A stretch of DNA of 32,000 nt, from contig NZ_CP047931.1 of assembly GCF_014280175.1 (NCBI RefSeq), positions 90,001 through 122,000 on the forward strand. The letters run 5' to 3'. The stretch is from Synechococcus sp. A15-28 (GTDB taxonomy: Bacteria > Cyanobacteriota > Cyanobacteriia > PCC-6307 > Cyanobiaceae). Positions 7,683 to 17,412 of this stretch are shown here, piece by piece (positions within the stretch are counted from its first letter, which is position 1; every line of letters starts with the position of its first letter). The notes under the pieces were generated by a model, which was not told where the DNA came from, did not search any database, and was given only the letters and a program-made list of their open reading frames with translations. The position numbers and the translations under genes were made by a program.

Positions 7683-10496
7683 ATGCTCAAGCTCCTGCTG
7701 GGTGATTCCAACGCCCGCAAGCTGAAGCGGTATCAGCCGATTGTTTCGGATATTGGTTTGTTAGAGGATGACGTTTCAAGGCTTCCCGATGACGACTTAA
7801 GGCGCAAAACCTTTTCATTTAAGGAGCGCCTCTTTAGTGCTGGATCTCTTGAAAACCAGCGACTTATTTTAGATGAAATATTGCCCGAGGCCTTTGCTGT
7901 AGTTCGTGAAGCCGGCAAACGTGTTCTGGGTATGCGGCATTTCGACGTTCAGCTGATTGGCGGGATGGTTCTTCATGAGGGTCAGATCGCTGAAATGAAG
8001 ACTGGCGAAGGGAAAACACTAGTTGCCACGCTGCCCAGCTATCTCAATGCACTGACTGGCCGGGGTGTGCATGTAGTTACTGTAAATGACTATCTAGCAC
8101 GCCGCGATGCTGAATGGATGGGGCAGGTGCACCGTTTTCTAGGTTTATCCGTGGGACTTATCCAGCAGGATATGCGTCCTGAGGAACGAAGGCGTAATTA
8201 CAACTGTGACATCACCTACGCCACCAACTCCGAGTTGGGTTTTGATTACCTGCGGGACAATATGGCCGCAGACATTAGTGAAGTTGTCCAGCGCGAGTTT
8301 CAGTACTGCGTGATCGATGAAGTTGATTCGATCCTGATTGATGAGGCCCGCACGCCTCTCATCATTTCCGGGCAAGTGGAGCGTCCCCAGGAGAAGTATC
8401 AGCAGGCAGCACAGGTTGCTGAGGCCTTGGAGCGGGCCGCCGAACTGGGCAAGGATGGCATTGATCCGGAGGGTGATTACGAGGTTGATGAAAAGCAGCG
8501 CAGCTGCACCCTTACCGACGATGGCTTCGCGAAAGCCGAGAAGATGCTTGGGGTGGCAGATCTGTTCAATCCTCAGGATCCCTGGGCTCACTACATCACC
8601 AATGCCCTCAAGGCCAAAGAGCTGTTTGTCAAAGACGTGAACTACATTGTTCGCGATGGCGAGGCGGTGATTGTCGATGAATTCACTGGTCGCGTGATGC
8701 CAGGACGCCGCTGGAGTGACGGCCAGCACCAAGCCATTGAGGCCAAGGAGGCCCTGCAGATCCAACCGGAAACGCAGACTCTCGCTTCCATCACGTATCA
8801 GAACTTTTTCCTGCTCTATCCCCGCTTGGCCGGCATGACCGGTACCGCCAAGACAGAAGAGGTGGAATTCGAGAAGACCTACAAACTCGAAACCACAATC
8901 GTTCCCACCAATCGGGTGCGGGCCCGTCAGGACTGGGCTGATCAGGTGTACAAAACCGAGACTGCTAAGTGGCGCGCTGTCGCCAACGAAACAGCTGAGA
9001 TTCATAAGAACGGACGGCCTGTGCTTGTTGGCACGACTTCAGTGGAGAAGAGCGAGTTGCTGAGTTCCCTGCTGGCTGAGCAGGGGATTCCGCACAACCT
9101 GCTTAACGCCAAGCCAGAGAACGTGGAGCGTGAATCGGAGATTGTGGCCCAAGCGGGTCGGGCCGGTGCGGTGACGATCGCCACCAACATGGCGGGCCGG
9201 GGCACCGACATTATTCTGGGCGGCAATAGCGACTACATGGCGCGTCTTAAGTTGCGGGAGGTGCTGCTCGGCCGTCTGGTTAAGCCGGAGGACGACCACA
9301 ATCCTCCGCTGCCCCTGCAACGCAGTACCGCCGCTGCTGGTTTCTCCGATGCTGCAGCTCCAGCACTGCCCCGCAGCGGTGAGAGCCTCTACCCCTGCCA
9401 GCTCACCGACGACACCGATCACGTCCTCGGCCAGTTGGCCCGTGATCTTGTCAAGGCCTGGGGTGATCGGGCCCTCAGCGTGATTGAGCTGGAGGAGCGT
9501 ATTGCCACCGCCGCTGAAAAAGCCCCCACCGACGATCCCCAGATCCAAGGGCTGCGCGAGGCGATCGCCCGGGTGAAGGGGGAATACGACGCGGTGGTGA
9601 AGCAGGAGGAAGCCCGGGTGCGTGAGGCCGGCGGCCTGCATGTGATTGGCACCGAACGTCATGAGTCCCGCCGGGTGGATAACCAACTGCGTGGTCGGGC
9701 TGGGCGACAGGGCGACCCCGGCTCCACCCGTTTCTTCCTTTCCTTGGGAGACAACCTGCTGCGAATCTTCGGGGGTGACCGCGTTGCCGGCCTAATGAAT
9801 GCTTTCCGCGTAGAAGAAGACATGCCGATCGAATCCGGCATGCTCACCCGCTCGCTTGAAGGGGCCCAAAAGAAGGTGGAGACCTACTACTACGACATCC
9901 GCAAGCAGGTGTTCGAGTACGACGAGGTGATGAACAACCAGCGGCGTGCGGTGTATTCCGAACGTCGGCGGGTACTGGATGGTCGCGCCCTCAAGAAGCA
10001 GGTGATCGGCTACGGCGAACGCACAATGGGCGAGATTGTGGAGGCCTATGTGAATCCCGATCTGCCGCCAGAGGAATGGGATCTCGATCAGCTCGTCGGC
10101 AAGGTGAAGGAGTTCATTTATCTGCTGGAAGATCTCACCCCCGATCAGGTGCGGGGTCTGGGCATGGAAGAGCTCAAGGCCTTTTTGCATGAGCAGCTGC
10201 GCAACGCCTACGACCTCAAGGAGGGCCAGGTCGAACAACAACGCCCAGGGCTGATGCGGGAGGCTGAGCGTTTCTTCATCCTTCAGCAGATCGACACACT
10301 CTGGCGGGAACATCTCCAGGCCATGGATGCCCTGCGCGAATCTGTTGGCCTACGTGGCTACGGACAAAAAGATCCTCTGATCGAATACAAGAACGAGGGA
10401 TACGACATGTTCCTCGAGATGATGACCAATATGCGTCGCAACGTGATTTATTCAATGTTCATGTTCCAGCCCGCCAATCCTCAGAGCGGCGGCTGA
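7683..10496 (+). CDS. secA: Preprotein translocase ATPase SecA
   Basis: 937 aa. The sequence runs [19 protein letters not shown]..., with Walker [36 protein letters not shown] and [10 protein letters not shown]. It looks like full-length SecA throughout. Confidence 0.98.
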   Translation: MLKLLLGDSNARKLKRYQPIVSDIGLLEDDVSRLPDDDLRRKTFSFKERLFSAGSLENQRLILDEILPEAFAVVREAGKRVLGMRHFDVQLIGGMVLHEGQIAEMKTGEGKTLVATLPSYLNALTGRGVHVVTVNDYLARRDAEWMGQVHRFLGLSVGLIQQDMRPEERRRNYNCDITYATNSELGFDYLRDNMAADISEVVQREFQYCVIDEVDSILIDEARTPLIISGQVERPQEKYQQAAQVAEALERAAELGKDGIDPEGDYEVDEKQRSCTLTDDGFAKAEKMLGVADLFNPQDPWAHYITNALKAKELFVKDVNYIVRDGEAVIVDEFTGRVMPGRRWSDGQHQAIEAKEALQIQPETQTLASITYQNFFLLYPRLAGMTGTAKTEEVEFEKTYKLETTIVPTNRVRARQDWADQVYKTETAKWRAVANETAEIHKNGRPVLVGTTSVEKSELLSSLLAEQGIPHNLLNAKPENVERESEIVAQAGRAGAVTIATNMAGRGTDIILGGNSDYMARLKLREVLLGRLVKPEDDHNPPLPLQRSTAAAGFSDAAAPALPRSGESLYPCQLTDDTDHVLGQLARDLVKAWGDRALSVIELEERIATAAEKAPTDDPQIQGLREAIARVKGEYDAVVKQEEARVREAGGLHVIGTERHESRRVDNQLRGRAGRQGDPGSTRFFLSLGDNLLRIFGGDRVAGLMNAFRVEEDMPIESGMLTRSLEGAQKKVETYYYDIRKQVFEYDEVMNNQRRAVYSERRRVLDGRALKKQVIGYGERTMGEIVEAYVNPDLPPEEWDLDQLVGKVKEFIYLLEDLTPDQVRGLGMEELKAFLHEQLRNAYDLKEGQVEQQRPGLMREAERFFILQQIDTLWREHLQAMDALRESVGLRGYGQKDPLIEYKNEGYDMFLEMMTNMRRNVIYSMFMFQPANPQSGG

Positions 10497-12013
10497 CCAT
10501 CGCTCTCCCACTGACGGAAGGAAGTTTCGTAATCCGGTCTCGGTTGCACTCCTTCAGGAATCGGCTCTTTCATCTGCCTGTAGAGCCCTGCCTTGGCACA
10601 GCGGTAAAACACAGAAACTTGGTTCAGGTGCTGGCGCTTAAGTCCAGCATTTTTGAGGTGATGCAGCATGATCCGGTCGCCAATCAGGTGGCCGTAGGGC
10701 GGCATCAGCACCCACTGGTGCAGAAGATGGAAGGAGCCCCGGCCAAACAGCATCGCGTTGGTGTCAATGAACCGCTCCGGATCGGTGAGCGGGCAGGGGC
10801 CCATCACCGTGCCGTCCAGGCGGCAGAGGGTGCGGCTGGAGGAGACGAAGTCGGCCTGGTGCTGGTCCATCTCTGCTAGCAGGCTGGCGATGTGGTCTGG
10901 CCTGTACCAGTTGTCACCATCGAGGAAGGCCACGGCGTCCACCCCAAGGCCGATGGCGTGATAGCTGCCGATCAAGCGCGGTGTCGATCCGATATCACCA
11001 TGGCTGCGCGGTAGCCGCACGTGCTCGGCACGCCAATGGTTGATCCGCCTGCGGCGGTGGCCGTCGGCCACCAGCACATGCAGGCAGGGCTCGCTCTGGG
11101 CCAGCACGCTGTCGTGGCACTGGCGCAGCTGGGCCAGGGGTTCCTTGTAGTAAGGCGTGATCACGGCCACCCGGGGCAGGGGATTGCCCAGGGCCTTTAG
11201 CAGTCGCCGGTCGTCAATCAGCTCACCGCGCACCAGTTGGGCTGCGAGCGCGGCAGGTTTGGGCCGGAGGCTGTCGTAATAGGCCGGCAGGGTTCCCTGA
11301 CTGAGGTGATTCGCGTAGATCTTTCGCCAGCTGTCACCGATGCCCGCACTAACGCGTTTGTTGCGCTGTAGAGCCTCCGTTCCCTGTCGGATTTTGCGTT
11401 CGAGCTGCGCATAGCTGCGAATGGGCACATGCAGGATCTCGATGCCGGCGTTCTCTATCGCGCTGATGGGCGTTCCATCCACCCCGGCGCCGTGGTTGCC
11501 ATCGCTGATCTCAATCCCAGCATGGGCGCGATGAATCAGCTTGGGGGGCAGTGGCTTGCCGAGGCTGTTGCGTGAGACCCGTTCCCGCAGGGTCTGGCGT
11601 TGATAAAACGGCGTTTTGTCCGCGATGTTCCGCACCGGTGGCAGAAAGTTGGTGCGCTCCACCAGCACTCCCTTAATACTTTCCGGCACCTGGGTCAGGC
11701 TGGATTTCAGGCTGCCTTGCTCCGGCCACCAGAACTCATCCGCATCGCTGTTGATCACCCAGTCCGCCCCCATCGCCGCCGCCATGCGCGCCATGCGGGT
11801 CACCCACACGGCCTGGTCGTGGGTGTGCTCCGGTTCCTGCAGCAGTGTCAGCTGACCGCGGCGTTCGAACCGCTTAAGGATCTCCAGGCTGCCGTCCACC
11901 GAACCGTTGTCGGTGGCGATGATCCGGTCCACCCCCTGGGCCAGATGGAAGCGCAGCATGCTCTCAAGGATGTCGGCTTCATCCCGGCAGAGCAGTGTTA
12001 GCACCAGCATCAT
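10481..12013 (-). CDS. Two-domain family-2 (GT-A) glycosyltransferase
   Basis: 510 aa. Domain 1 is [36 protein letters not shown] ... [12 protein letters not shown]. Domain 2 is [25 protein letters not shown] ... [14 protein letters not shown]. Both carry D-x-D-type motifs. The ATG overlaps the upstream stop as ATGA (12010-13). Confidence 0.8.
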   Translation of the reverse strand: MMLVLTLLCRDEADILESMLRFHLAQGVDRIIATDNGSVDGSLEILKRFERRGQLTLLQEPEHTHDQAVWVTRMARMAAAMGADWVINSDADEFWWPEQGSLKSSLTQVPESIKGVLVERTNFLPPVRNIADKTPFYQRQTLRERVSRNSLGKPLPPKLIHRAHAGIEISDGNHGAGVDGTPISAIENAGIEILHVPIRSYAQLERKIRQGTEALQRNKRVSAGIGDSWRKIYANHLSQGTLPAYYDSLRPKPAALAAQLVRGELIDDRRLLKALGNPLPRVAVITPYYKEPLAQLRQCHDSVLAQSEPCLHVLVADGHRRRRINHWRAEHVRLPRSHGDIGSTPRLIGSYHAIGLGVDAVAFLDGDNWYRPDHIASLLAEMDQHQADFVSSSRTLCRLDGTVMGPCPLTDPERFIDTNAMLFGRGSFHLLHQWVLMPPYGHLIGDRIMLHHLKNAGLKRQHLNQVSVFYRCAKAGLYRQMKEPIPEGVQPRPDYETSFRQWESDGQPPL

Positions 12014-12864
12014 GGTGCGGCCCTCTTTGTTCGTTTGGGCTTGAGTTGAAGCTCCGGGCGTGGGCTCATACGTCCGTAATACCAGTGCATCTCCGGTGTG
12101 AGGTTGGTCAGTGGCAGGTCATGGGAGGGGCCAATGGCGAGACAGGCGTTGATCAGTTGTTTGAGCTCCGGGTCGCTGAACGTCGCCTTCTGCTGCTTGT
12201 ACCGAAAACAGGGGAAGTCTTCCCGGTGGAGCAGATTGGCCATGGCCTGAAGATCGGGGTGGTTGCGGAGTGCTGTCAGATCCGCTGTCTCCCGGCGTCC
12301 TGCGCCCTCTCCCACGGCCTGGAGACGCTTCCGCAGGCTCTTGGGCAGAGAGAGCGTTTCCCCCAGCGCTTCGAGATCGCTGCTGAATTGCTCGCAGCGG
12401 ATCAGCTGATCCACCATCGGGCGTTTGCCGAGGTGGGTGAACCAGTGGATTGGAAAACCATGCACCCAGCGCAGGTCGTGGGCATCCATTGCAGCCGGAA
12501 GCCGCCGCAGGTAATGCAGGAGCTGTTCATTGGTGGGTGGCTGGCTGCTGACCTGCATTTCGGTTGCTCGGCTTTTTTGGCGCAGGTGTTCCCGGCAGGC
12601 GGAGGCCAGGCGGTCGTAGGGATGACGGATGCAGGCAATGACCTGGTAACGGCGCAGCCAGCGCCATAGTTTGGTGTGACGTAGGTCCATTAAGGGACGG
12701 TGGGCCAGGTCCACTTGCCGTTTCAGCACCGGGTCGTAGCTGAAGTCGAACCAGCTCTCGGTCCGCCGATCAGCGCCGTCCTCCAGAAAGGCTCTGCGCA
12801 GGGCGGTGCCGGCACACTTGGGAATGTGCAGAACAACCAGCTTCAGATCGTGGTCAACGATCAC
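12010..12864 (-). CDS. Sulfotransferase-family protein (Sulfotransfer_2-like)
   Basis: 284 aa. It has a 5'-phosphosulfate-binding loop LVVLHIPKCAGTALRRAF and a 3'-phosphate-binding motif IACIRHPYDRLASA (R-x-P-x-x-R-x-x-S). The GTG start overlaps the cysE stop as GTGA (12861-64). Composition is high-GC, like the host. Confidence 0.7.
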   Translation of the reverse strand: MIVDHDLKLVVLHIPKCAGTALRRAFLEDGADRRTESWFDFSYDPVLKRQVDLAHRPLMDLRHTKLWRWLRRYQVIACIRHPYDRLASACREHLRQKSRATEMQVSSQPPTNEQLLHYLRRLPAAMDAHDLRWVHGFPIHWFTHLGKRPMVDQLIRCEQFSSDLEALGETLSLPKSLRKRLQAVGEGAGRRETADLTALRNHPDLQAMANLLHREDFPCFRYKQQKATFSDPELKQLINACLAIGPSHDLPLTNLTPEMHWYYGRMSPRPELQLKPKRTKRAAP

Positions 12865-13607
12865 CCGCTGTTCTCCCCCAGGAACTCGAGAATCTCCCGG
12901 TCCTTGAGGCTCTGGGCTTCACCGCGGCAGACATCCCGCAGCTGCCGCCCCTCGGCAACCTCCTTGAGGCAGCGCTGCAGATTGCTCACCGTGCTTTCCA
13001 GTTCATCGATCCGCTCCATCAGGTTGCGGATCACATTGGCTTCCGCATCCGGTAGGGCGGAGTGGGCCAGGGGGTTGATTCGTACGCCGCTTTGGTGAAT
13101 CACCCGGCCGGGGATGCCCACAACGGTGCAGTCCGCCTCCACGTCGCGCACCACCACCGAACCAGCGCCGATGCGGGTGTTGGCACCCACGTTGATCGCC
13201 CCCAGCACCTTGGCGCCGGCACCGACCACCACGTTTTCGGCCAGGGTGGGATGGCGTTTGCCGTGGTCCTTGCCGGTGCCGCCGAGGGTGACGCCCTGAT
13301 ACAGCAGGCAGTGATGCCCCACTTCAGCGGTTTCGCCGATCACCACCCCCATGCCATGGTCGATGAATACGCTGTGGCCAATCCTGGCGCCAGGGTGGAT
13401 TTCAATGCCGGTGAGCGCCCTGCCGATCTGGCTGAGGCAGCGCGCCGCGAGTTTCATCGGTAGGTGGCAAGTCCAGAGCCGGTGGCTGAGCCGATGCAGG
13501 CTGATGGCCTGAAATCCGGGGTAGCAGAACAGAATCTCCAACCAACCACGGGCCGCCGGGTCGCGCTCGCGGATGATGGCGAGATCGGCTCGGATCTGAT
13601 CGAACAT
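12861..13607 (-). CDS. cysE: Serine O-acetyltransferase
   Basis: 248 aa. The sequence includes DPAARGWLEILFCYPGFQAISLHRLSHRLW and the hexapeptide-repeat core IHPGARIGHSVFIDHGMGVVIGETAEVG...GTGKDHGKRHPTL...VGAGAKVLG. Confidence 0.93.
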   Translation of the reverse strand: MFDQIRADLAIIRERDPAARGWLEILFCYPGFQAISLHRLSHRLWTCHLPMKLAARCLSQIGRALTGIEIHPGARIGHSVFIDHGMGVVIGETAEVGHHCLLYQGVTLGGTGKDHGKRHPTLAENVVVGAGAKVLGAINVGANTRIGAGSVVVRDVEADCTVVGIPGRVIHQSGVRINPLAHSALPDAEANVIRNLMERIDELESTVSNLQRCLKEVAEGRQLRDVCRGEAQSLKDREILEFLGENSG

Positions 13608-13617
13608 CGGGGTTGAT

Positions 13618-14619
13618 TCAGCTGGCGGCCGCTGGGGTCTGCAGGCCGATCTCCTTGCGGAGCAGATCGATCGTATCGGTGCTGAGGTAACTCTCGGCGC
13701 AGTGCACCTGCGGCATGCGCATCAGCTGGGAGCGATTTTGCCGCAGGCTTTGCTCCACCAACGGCAAGCTGGGGCGGTCGCAGAGCACATGGCTGGAGGC
13801 CCTCAAGAGAGCCAGCAAGCGGCTGCCCACGTCCGGCGTAGCGGTCATCAGCAGCAGTTCGTTGCCGCGCATGGAGTGGAGGATCACCTCCGCCGCCCGC
13901 AGGATGCCGGGGCTGATGCTCACCAGGCCCACGCAACTGCCCTGTCGCAGCTCCTTCAGCATCGCCAGCTCGTGGCGGAAGTCGTTGAGGTCCACCGCCA
14001 CGGCCCGAACGCCGTGTTTCTTCGCCAGCTCCTCTACAGGCTGGAGGAAGTAACGGCTTGTCACCACGGTGCCGTTGCTGGAACTCTCCAGGACGTTTTC
14101 CAGCTCCTCCATCGGCACCACCTCCACCGGCACATCGAGGCAGGGTTCAAGTTCCTCGGAGATCAGCATCGAGGCGCCGATGTCCTCACGGGGGGTGCTC
14201 ACCAGCACCCTGGCGCCGCAACGCAGCCGCCAGTCGATCTCACGGGTCAGCAGTTCACGGGTCTGCTGCAGGGTGCAGCCGGCATTGAGCAGGCCGTCCA
14301 CGCACTTGCGCACCTCCCGGTCGAGATCGGTGACGCCCCTGTTGCGGATATGGGGTGGTGTCTTGATTTCCCTTGGCTTCTGCTGATCGCGCACGTAAAT
14401 GCCGGAGCCGGCCATGGCTTCCACCACGCCGTCGGTCTCGAGCTGCCGGTACACCTTGCTGATCGTGTTGCGGTGCAGACCGGTCTGCATCGCCAGCTGC
14501 CGGGTGCTCGGCAAGCGGTGGCCGGGGGGGTAGTGCCGTGCCGCAATCGCGAAGCAGATCTGGTTGTACAGCTGGGTCGACGCCGGGATGTCGCTTTCCT
14601 GCTGGATGTGGAATCGCAC
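13618..14619 (-). CDS. GntR-family winged-helix transcriptional regulator (cyanobacterial PlmA-like)
   Basis: The wHTH segment is LPSTRQLAMQTGLHRNTISKVYRQLETDGVVEAMAGSGIYV, followed by a long C-terminal effector domain. The ORF is open up to a TTG at 14745. I prefer the GTG at 14617-14619 (V-RFHIQQESDIPASTQLYNQ) because, from memory, PlmA-type proteins begin near this motif. The start is uncertain. Confidence 0.85.
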   Translation of the reverse strand: MRFHIQQESDIPASTQLYNQICFAIAARHYPPGHRLPSTRQLAMQTGLHRNTISKVYRQLETDGVVEAMAGSGIYVRDQQKPREIKTPPHIRNRGVTDLDREVRKCVDGLLNAGCTLQQTRELLTREIDWRLRCGARVLVSTPREDIGASMLISEELEPCLDVPVEVVPMEELENVLESSSNGTVVTSRYFLQPVEELAKKHGVRAVAVDLNDFRHELAMLKELRQGSCVGLVSISPGILRAAEVILHSMRGNELLLMTATPDVGSRLLALLRASSHVLCDRPSLPLVEQSLRQNRSQLMRMPQVHCAESYLSTDTIDLLRKEIGLQTPAAAS

Positions 14620-14791
14620 GCCGGTGGGCCAGGTGGGAATGCGGCCACCATAAGGAGCGATTCCCGTGGTGACAATTGGGGGTGTGTCCTGTGGACCTGT
14701 GACAATTTCCGACTCAACCCGTGCTGGCTGGGTGTCCGTGGCCAACGGGCCGCTGGCCTTGCGCTGCTGGTGGTCCGCACCATCGGAAACT

Positions 14792-14842
14792 CAGCACGAT
14801 ATCAATAAGTTATCTGTTTCAAATCGTGCATATATCGTGCTG
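14792..14842. promoter_or_regulatory. Perfect 11-bp inverted repeat CAGCACGATAT-N29-ATATCGTGCTG plus a third ATCGTGC half-site; candidate operator upstream of the GntR gene
   Basis: 14792-14802 and 14832-14842 are exact reverse complements. The heptamer GCACGAT/ATCGTGC occurs at 14794-14800, 14823-14829 and 14834-14840. The repeat sits in a locally AT-rich patch in the divergent region upstream of the regulator. Confidence 0.35.
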
Positions 14843-15079
14843 CCTGAGGTCACTGGGAGCTTGACCTGCCTCTGCGGCACGACCGATCCTTGGATCCCAG
14901 AGCCAGACCGCGCTTCGATTCAGCGGGCCTTGGCGGCCCAGGATCCCAGTGGTGAGAAGTTTCGCTATGAGGAGCTGGCCGGAGCTGACCATGGCTCCAT
15001 GTGTGAGGCCCGCAGCAACTTTCAGGCTGCAGCAACGGCCCGGGGCTGGCAGCTGCTGTTGGCCGCGCTCAAGGCTTGA
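14837..15079 (+). pseudogene. C-terminal remnant (~80 codons) of a dienelactone-hydrolase-family gene
   Basis: The tail of ORF 14666-15079 reads LCGTTDPWIPEPDRASIQRALAAQDPSGEKFRYEELAGADHGSMCEARSNFQAAATARGWQLLLAAL. This matches the DLH C-terminus (G-x-x-D-p-x-i-P ... y-x-g-a-x-H-g-f ... aa-x-x-aW). The ~170 N-terminal residues carrying the nucleophile are absent, and that space is occupied by the GntR gene on the other strand. A GTG lies at 14837. Confidence 0.45.
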
Positions 15080-16664
15080 TCAGCCCCTGCTTTAGCCACC
15101 AGCCGCGCCGGCGGGCATCGATGCGCCGCAGCAAATCCTTATCCCAGGACTGGAAGCGGTTGCTGAGCCGCTGCTGTTCCAGCCCGGACGCCGGTGGGCT
15201 GGGGCTCCAGCTGGCGGGCAGCACTTCGCTGGCGAAACAGCCGAAACCCGTGCTGGTGTCGGGCATCCAGGGTGGCAGTTGTGGTGGGGTTGGCAGGCCC
15301 GCTGCAATCGCCTGCTGGCGCCGTGCCGTCAGATCCGCCACGAGGGCGCGCCACTGTTCAATCACGCTGCGCCAGTTGTAGTGCGTTTCCACCCGCCGTC
15401 GCCCTGCGGCCCCCATGGCGGCGCGCAGGTCCGGTGCTTGCAGCAGGGTGGAGAGGTGCTGTTTGAACTGCTCCAGGTCAACGGCAATGCCCTGGGCCAC
15501 ACGGCCAATCGCCTGGCTGTAGTCCGCTGTTTCGTGGAGCATCTGCTGGGCTTCCGCGGCCCCTAGCCCAGCCACCAGCCGGGTGGTCACCCGCAGGCCG
15601 GTGGCCGCGCCCGCTTCCCCGGGTTGCACCACGCTCTCCCGGTAGCCGTCCCAGTCACTCACCAGGCAGGGCAGTTCCGCAGCCATGGCCTCCAGCGGTG
15701 TGATGCCGAAGGTTTCCTGGGGGTTGTCCGACAAGCTGACGAAGACGTCGGCGGCCCAGCGCACCGGTCTGGCCAGCTCCATGGCCCGGCCCGGCACCCA
15801 GTGCACCGTCAAGGATGGGGCAAGTTGTCGGGTGGCCTTTTTCCACAGCTCCAGCATCTCGGCGCTGGGGGCTTCGCCGTACACCAGCAGCTCTAGATCT
15901 GGGTGCTGCGTCTGCTGCAGCTCTGCCAGGCTATGGATCAAGGGTGCAGGCTGGAATTTGGTCAGCAGGTCCAGGCGGCCTGCCAGCAGCACCACCTGGG
16001 CCTCCGGGCGAATACCGAGGCGGGCACGGGCCTCGCGGCAGGCGTCTGCCTTGCTCACCGGCGGCGCCCAGCCTTCGGGGTGGATCCCCAGCGGGATCAC
16101 CGGAAGTTGAGGCCGCTCGAAGCGGCAGGCCTCGTTGCGGCGGCGCAGCCAGTCCTCTTGGCGATTCAGGAACCCCTCCACTACCTGGCGGGCGGCTTGG
16201 GAGGTGCAGATCAAGGCATCCCAGGGCCGCACCGGTGCGCTGCTGTACTGCCCCAGCGCGTTCTGAACGCTGTAGCTGCACAGGGTGTGGACGATGCCGA
16301 TGATCGAGTAAGCCCCATCCCCCCAGGGCATCCGTTTCCAGGCCCAGTGGTTGATGCCCGGATCTGGCACATGGATGGCCCCGGTGCTGCTGGCGGCGTC
16401 ACCCCACCGATTCAGGCCAACCGCTTCTGTGCGGGCGTCAGCCTGGACGGCTCGGGCTGCCCCATGGAACCACTCTCCATCCGCCTGATGGGGAACCACA
16501 AGGCTGTGGGTGCTGTTGCCGGAGTAGTGGAGGTAAGCCTCGAGGAACGACGCTCCGGCCGACTGGCGTCCCAGGGGTTGGTTGGGATCCACCTGGAAGC
16601 CGTTGCGAACCATCACCAGTGTCAGCGGCAGGGGGGATGGCGATCGCGTCGCGTCAGCGTTCAT
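15069..16664 (-). CDS. Glycosyltransferase, GT4 / group-1 family
   Basis: 531 aa. The E-x7-E region is DVFVSLSDNPQETFGITPLEAMAAELPCLVSDWDGYRE. Composition is high-GC, like the host. Confidence 0.85.
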   Translation of the reverse strand: MNADATRSPSPLPLTLVMVRNGFQVDPNQPLGRQSAGASFLEAYLHYSGNSTHSLVVPHQADGEWFHGAARAVQADARTEAVGLNRWGDAASSTGAIHVPDPGINHWAWKRMPWGDGAYSIIGIVHTLCSYSVQNALGQYSSAPVRPWDALICTSQAARQVVEGFLNRQEDWLRRRNEACRFERPQLPVIPLGIHPEGWAPPVSKADACREARARLGIRPEAQVVLLAGRLDLLTKFQPAPLIHSLAELQQTQHPDLELLVYGEAPSAEMLELWKKATRQLAPSLTVHWVPGRAMELARPVRWAADVFVSLSDNPQETFGITPLEAMAAELPCLVSDWDGYRESVVQPGEAGAATGLRVTTRLVAGLGAAEAQQMLHETADYSQAIGRVAQGIAVDLEQFKQHLSTLLQAPDLRAAMGAAGRRRVETHYNWRSVIEQWRALVADLTARRQQAIAAGLPTPPQLPPWMPDTSTGFGCFASEVLPASWSPSPPASGLEQQRLSNRFQSWDKDLLRRIDARRRGWWLKQGLIKP

Positions 16665-16673
16665 CGCAGCGCA

Positions 16674-16689
16674 CAGGCCTCAAGGCCTG
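16674..16689 (-). other. Short GC hairpin (CAGGCC-TCAA-GGCCTG) between the infC stop and the downstream GT4 start
   Basis: 16674-16680 CAGGCCT and 16683-16689 AGGCCTG are perfect reverse complements. No U-tract follows on either strand, so this is not a canonical intrinsic terminator. Confidence 0.3.
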
Positions 16690-16702
16690 GGATCCTCCCG
16701 CA

Positions 16703-17356
16703 TTAGGCCTGCGGCGCGGCCACCTTGGCGGCCGTGGACCGTGGTGGTGCCGGGATGGTGCGCACCGCCTTGGTCGGAGCGGCCTCCTTCTCCTCCTTCT
16801 TCACCAGGGGCGTCTTGCGCGGCGTGAGGAACATGATCATGTTGCGGCCCTCCCGTTTCGGAGCCTGCTGGATCTCAGCCTTTTCCTCCAGGTCCTTGGC
16901 CATGCGCCGCAGCAGGGTTTCTGCCAGGGCGGTGTGCTGAATCTCCCGGCCGCGGAAGATCACGGTGCACTTCACCTTGTCGCCGGCCTTGAGAAAGCGC
17001 ACTGCCTGACCGATCCGCACGTCGTAATCGTGCTGATCGATCTTGTAGCGCATCTTGACCTCCTTGACTTCGGTTTGATGGGACTTCTTCTTGGCTTCCT
17101 TGGCTTTCTTTTCCTGCTCGAATTTGAACTTGCCGTAATCCATGATTCGACACACCGGTGGATCGGCCTTCTCGCTCACCAGCACCAGATCCAGTTCACG
17201 ATCTTTGGCCACCTCCAGGGCTTCTTCCCTGCTGATCACCCCGAGTTGGCTGCCGTCTGAGTCGACCACCCGCAATTGGGGGTAGCTGATCCGGTCGTTG
17301 ATGTTGGGCAGCTCCCGAACAGGAGCACGACGGTCAAAACGGGGGCGTGGGGGCAT
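16703..17356 (-). CDS. infC: Translation initiation factor IF-3
   Basis: 217 aa. The sequence reads [66 protein letters not shown]...[17 protein letters not shown]...FRGREI, with a Lys/Pro/Ala-rich C-terminal tail. Confidence 0.97.
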   Translation of the reverse strand: MPPRPRFDRRAPVRELPNINDRISYPQLRVVDSDGSQLGVISREEALEVAKDRELDLVLVSEKADPPVCRIMDYGKFKFEQEKKAKEAKKKSHQTEVKEVKMRYKIDQHDYDVRIGQAVRFLKAGDKVKCTVIFRGREIQHTALAETLLRRMAKDLEEKAEIQQAPKREGRNMIMFLTPRKTPLVKKEEKEAAPTKAVRTIPAPPRSTAAKVAAPQA

Positions 17357-17412
17357 TCAGGCGGAGACAGGTACAGGTGCAGACAACACGAAGATCACAA
17401 CGTCTGCATTCT

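Noticed and set aside
8145-9686. 286-aa and 215-aa minus-strand ORFs inside secA
   Set aside because: They are antisense to an unambiguous full-length secA and have no recognisable motifs.
13702-14808. 368-aa plus-strand ORF, together with nested ORFs at 13715-14053, 14058-14288 and 14069-14386
   Set aside because: It is antisense to the GntR regulator, which has a clear wHTH motif. The translation is rich in H, Q, A, G and R with no motifs. It is a GC-driven open frame.
15903-16706. 267-aa plus-strand ORF and several 60-160-aa ORFs between 15076 and 16827
   Set aside because: All lie antisense or out of frame within the 531-aa GT4 gene, which has a clear E-x7-E region. The translations are Arg/Gly/Pro/Ala-rich low-complexity sequence.
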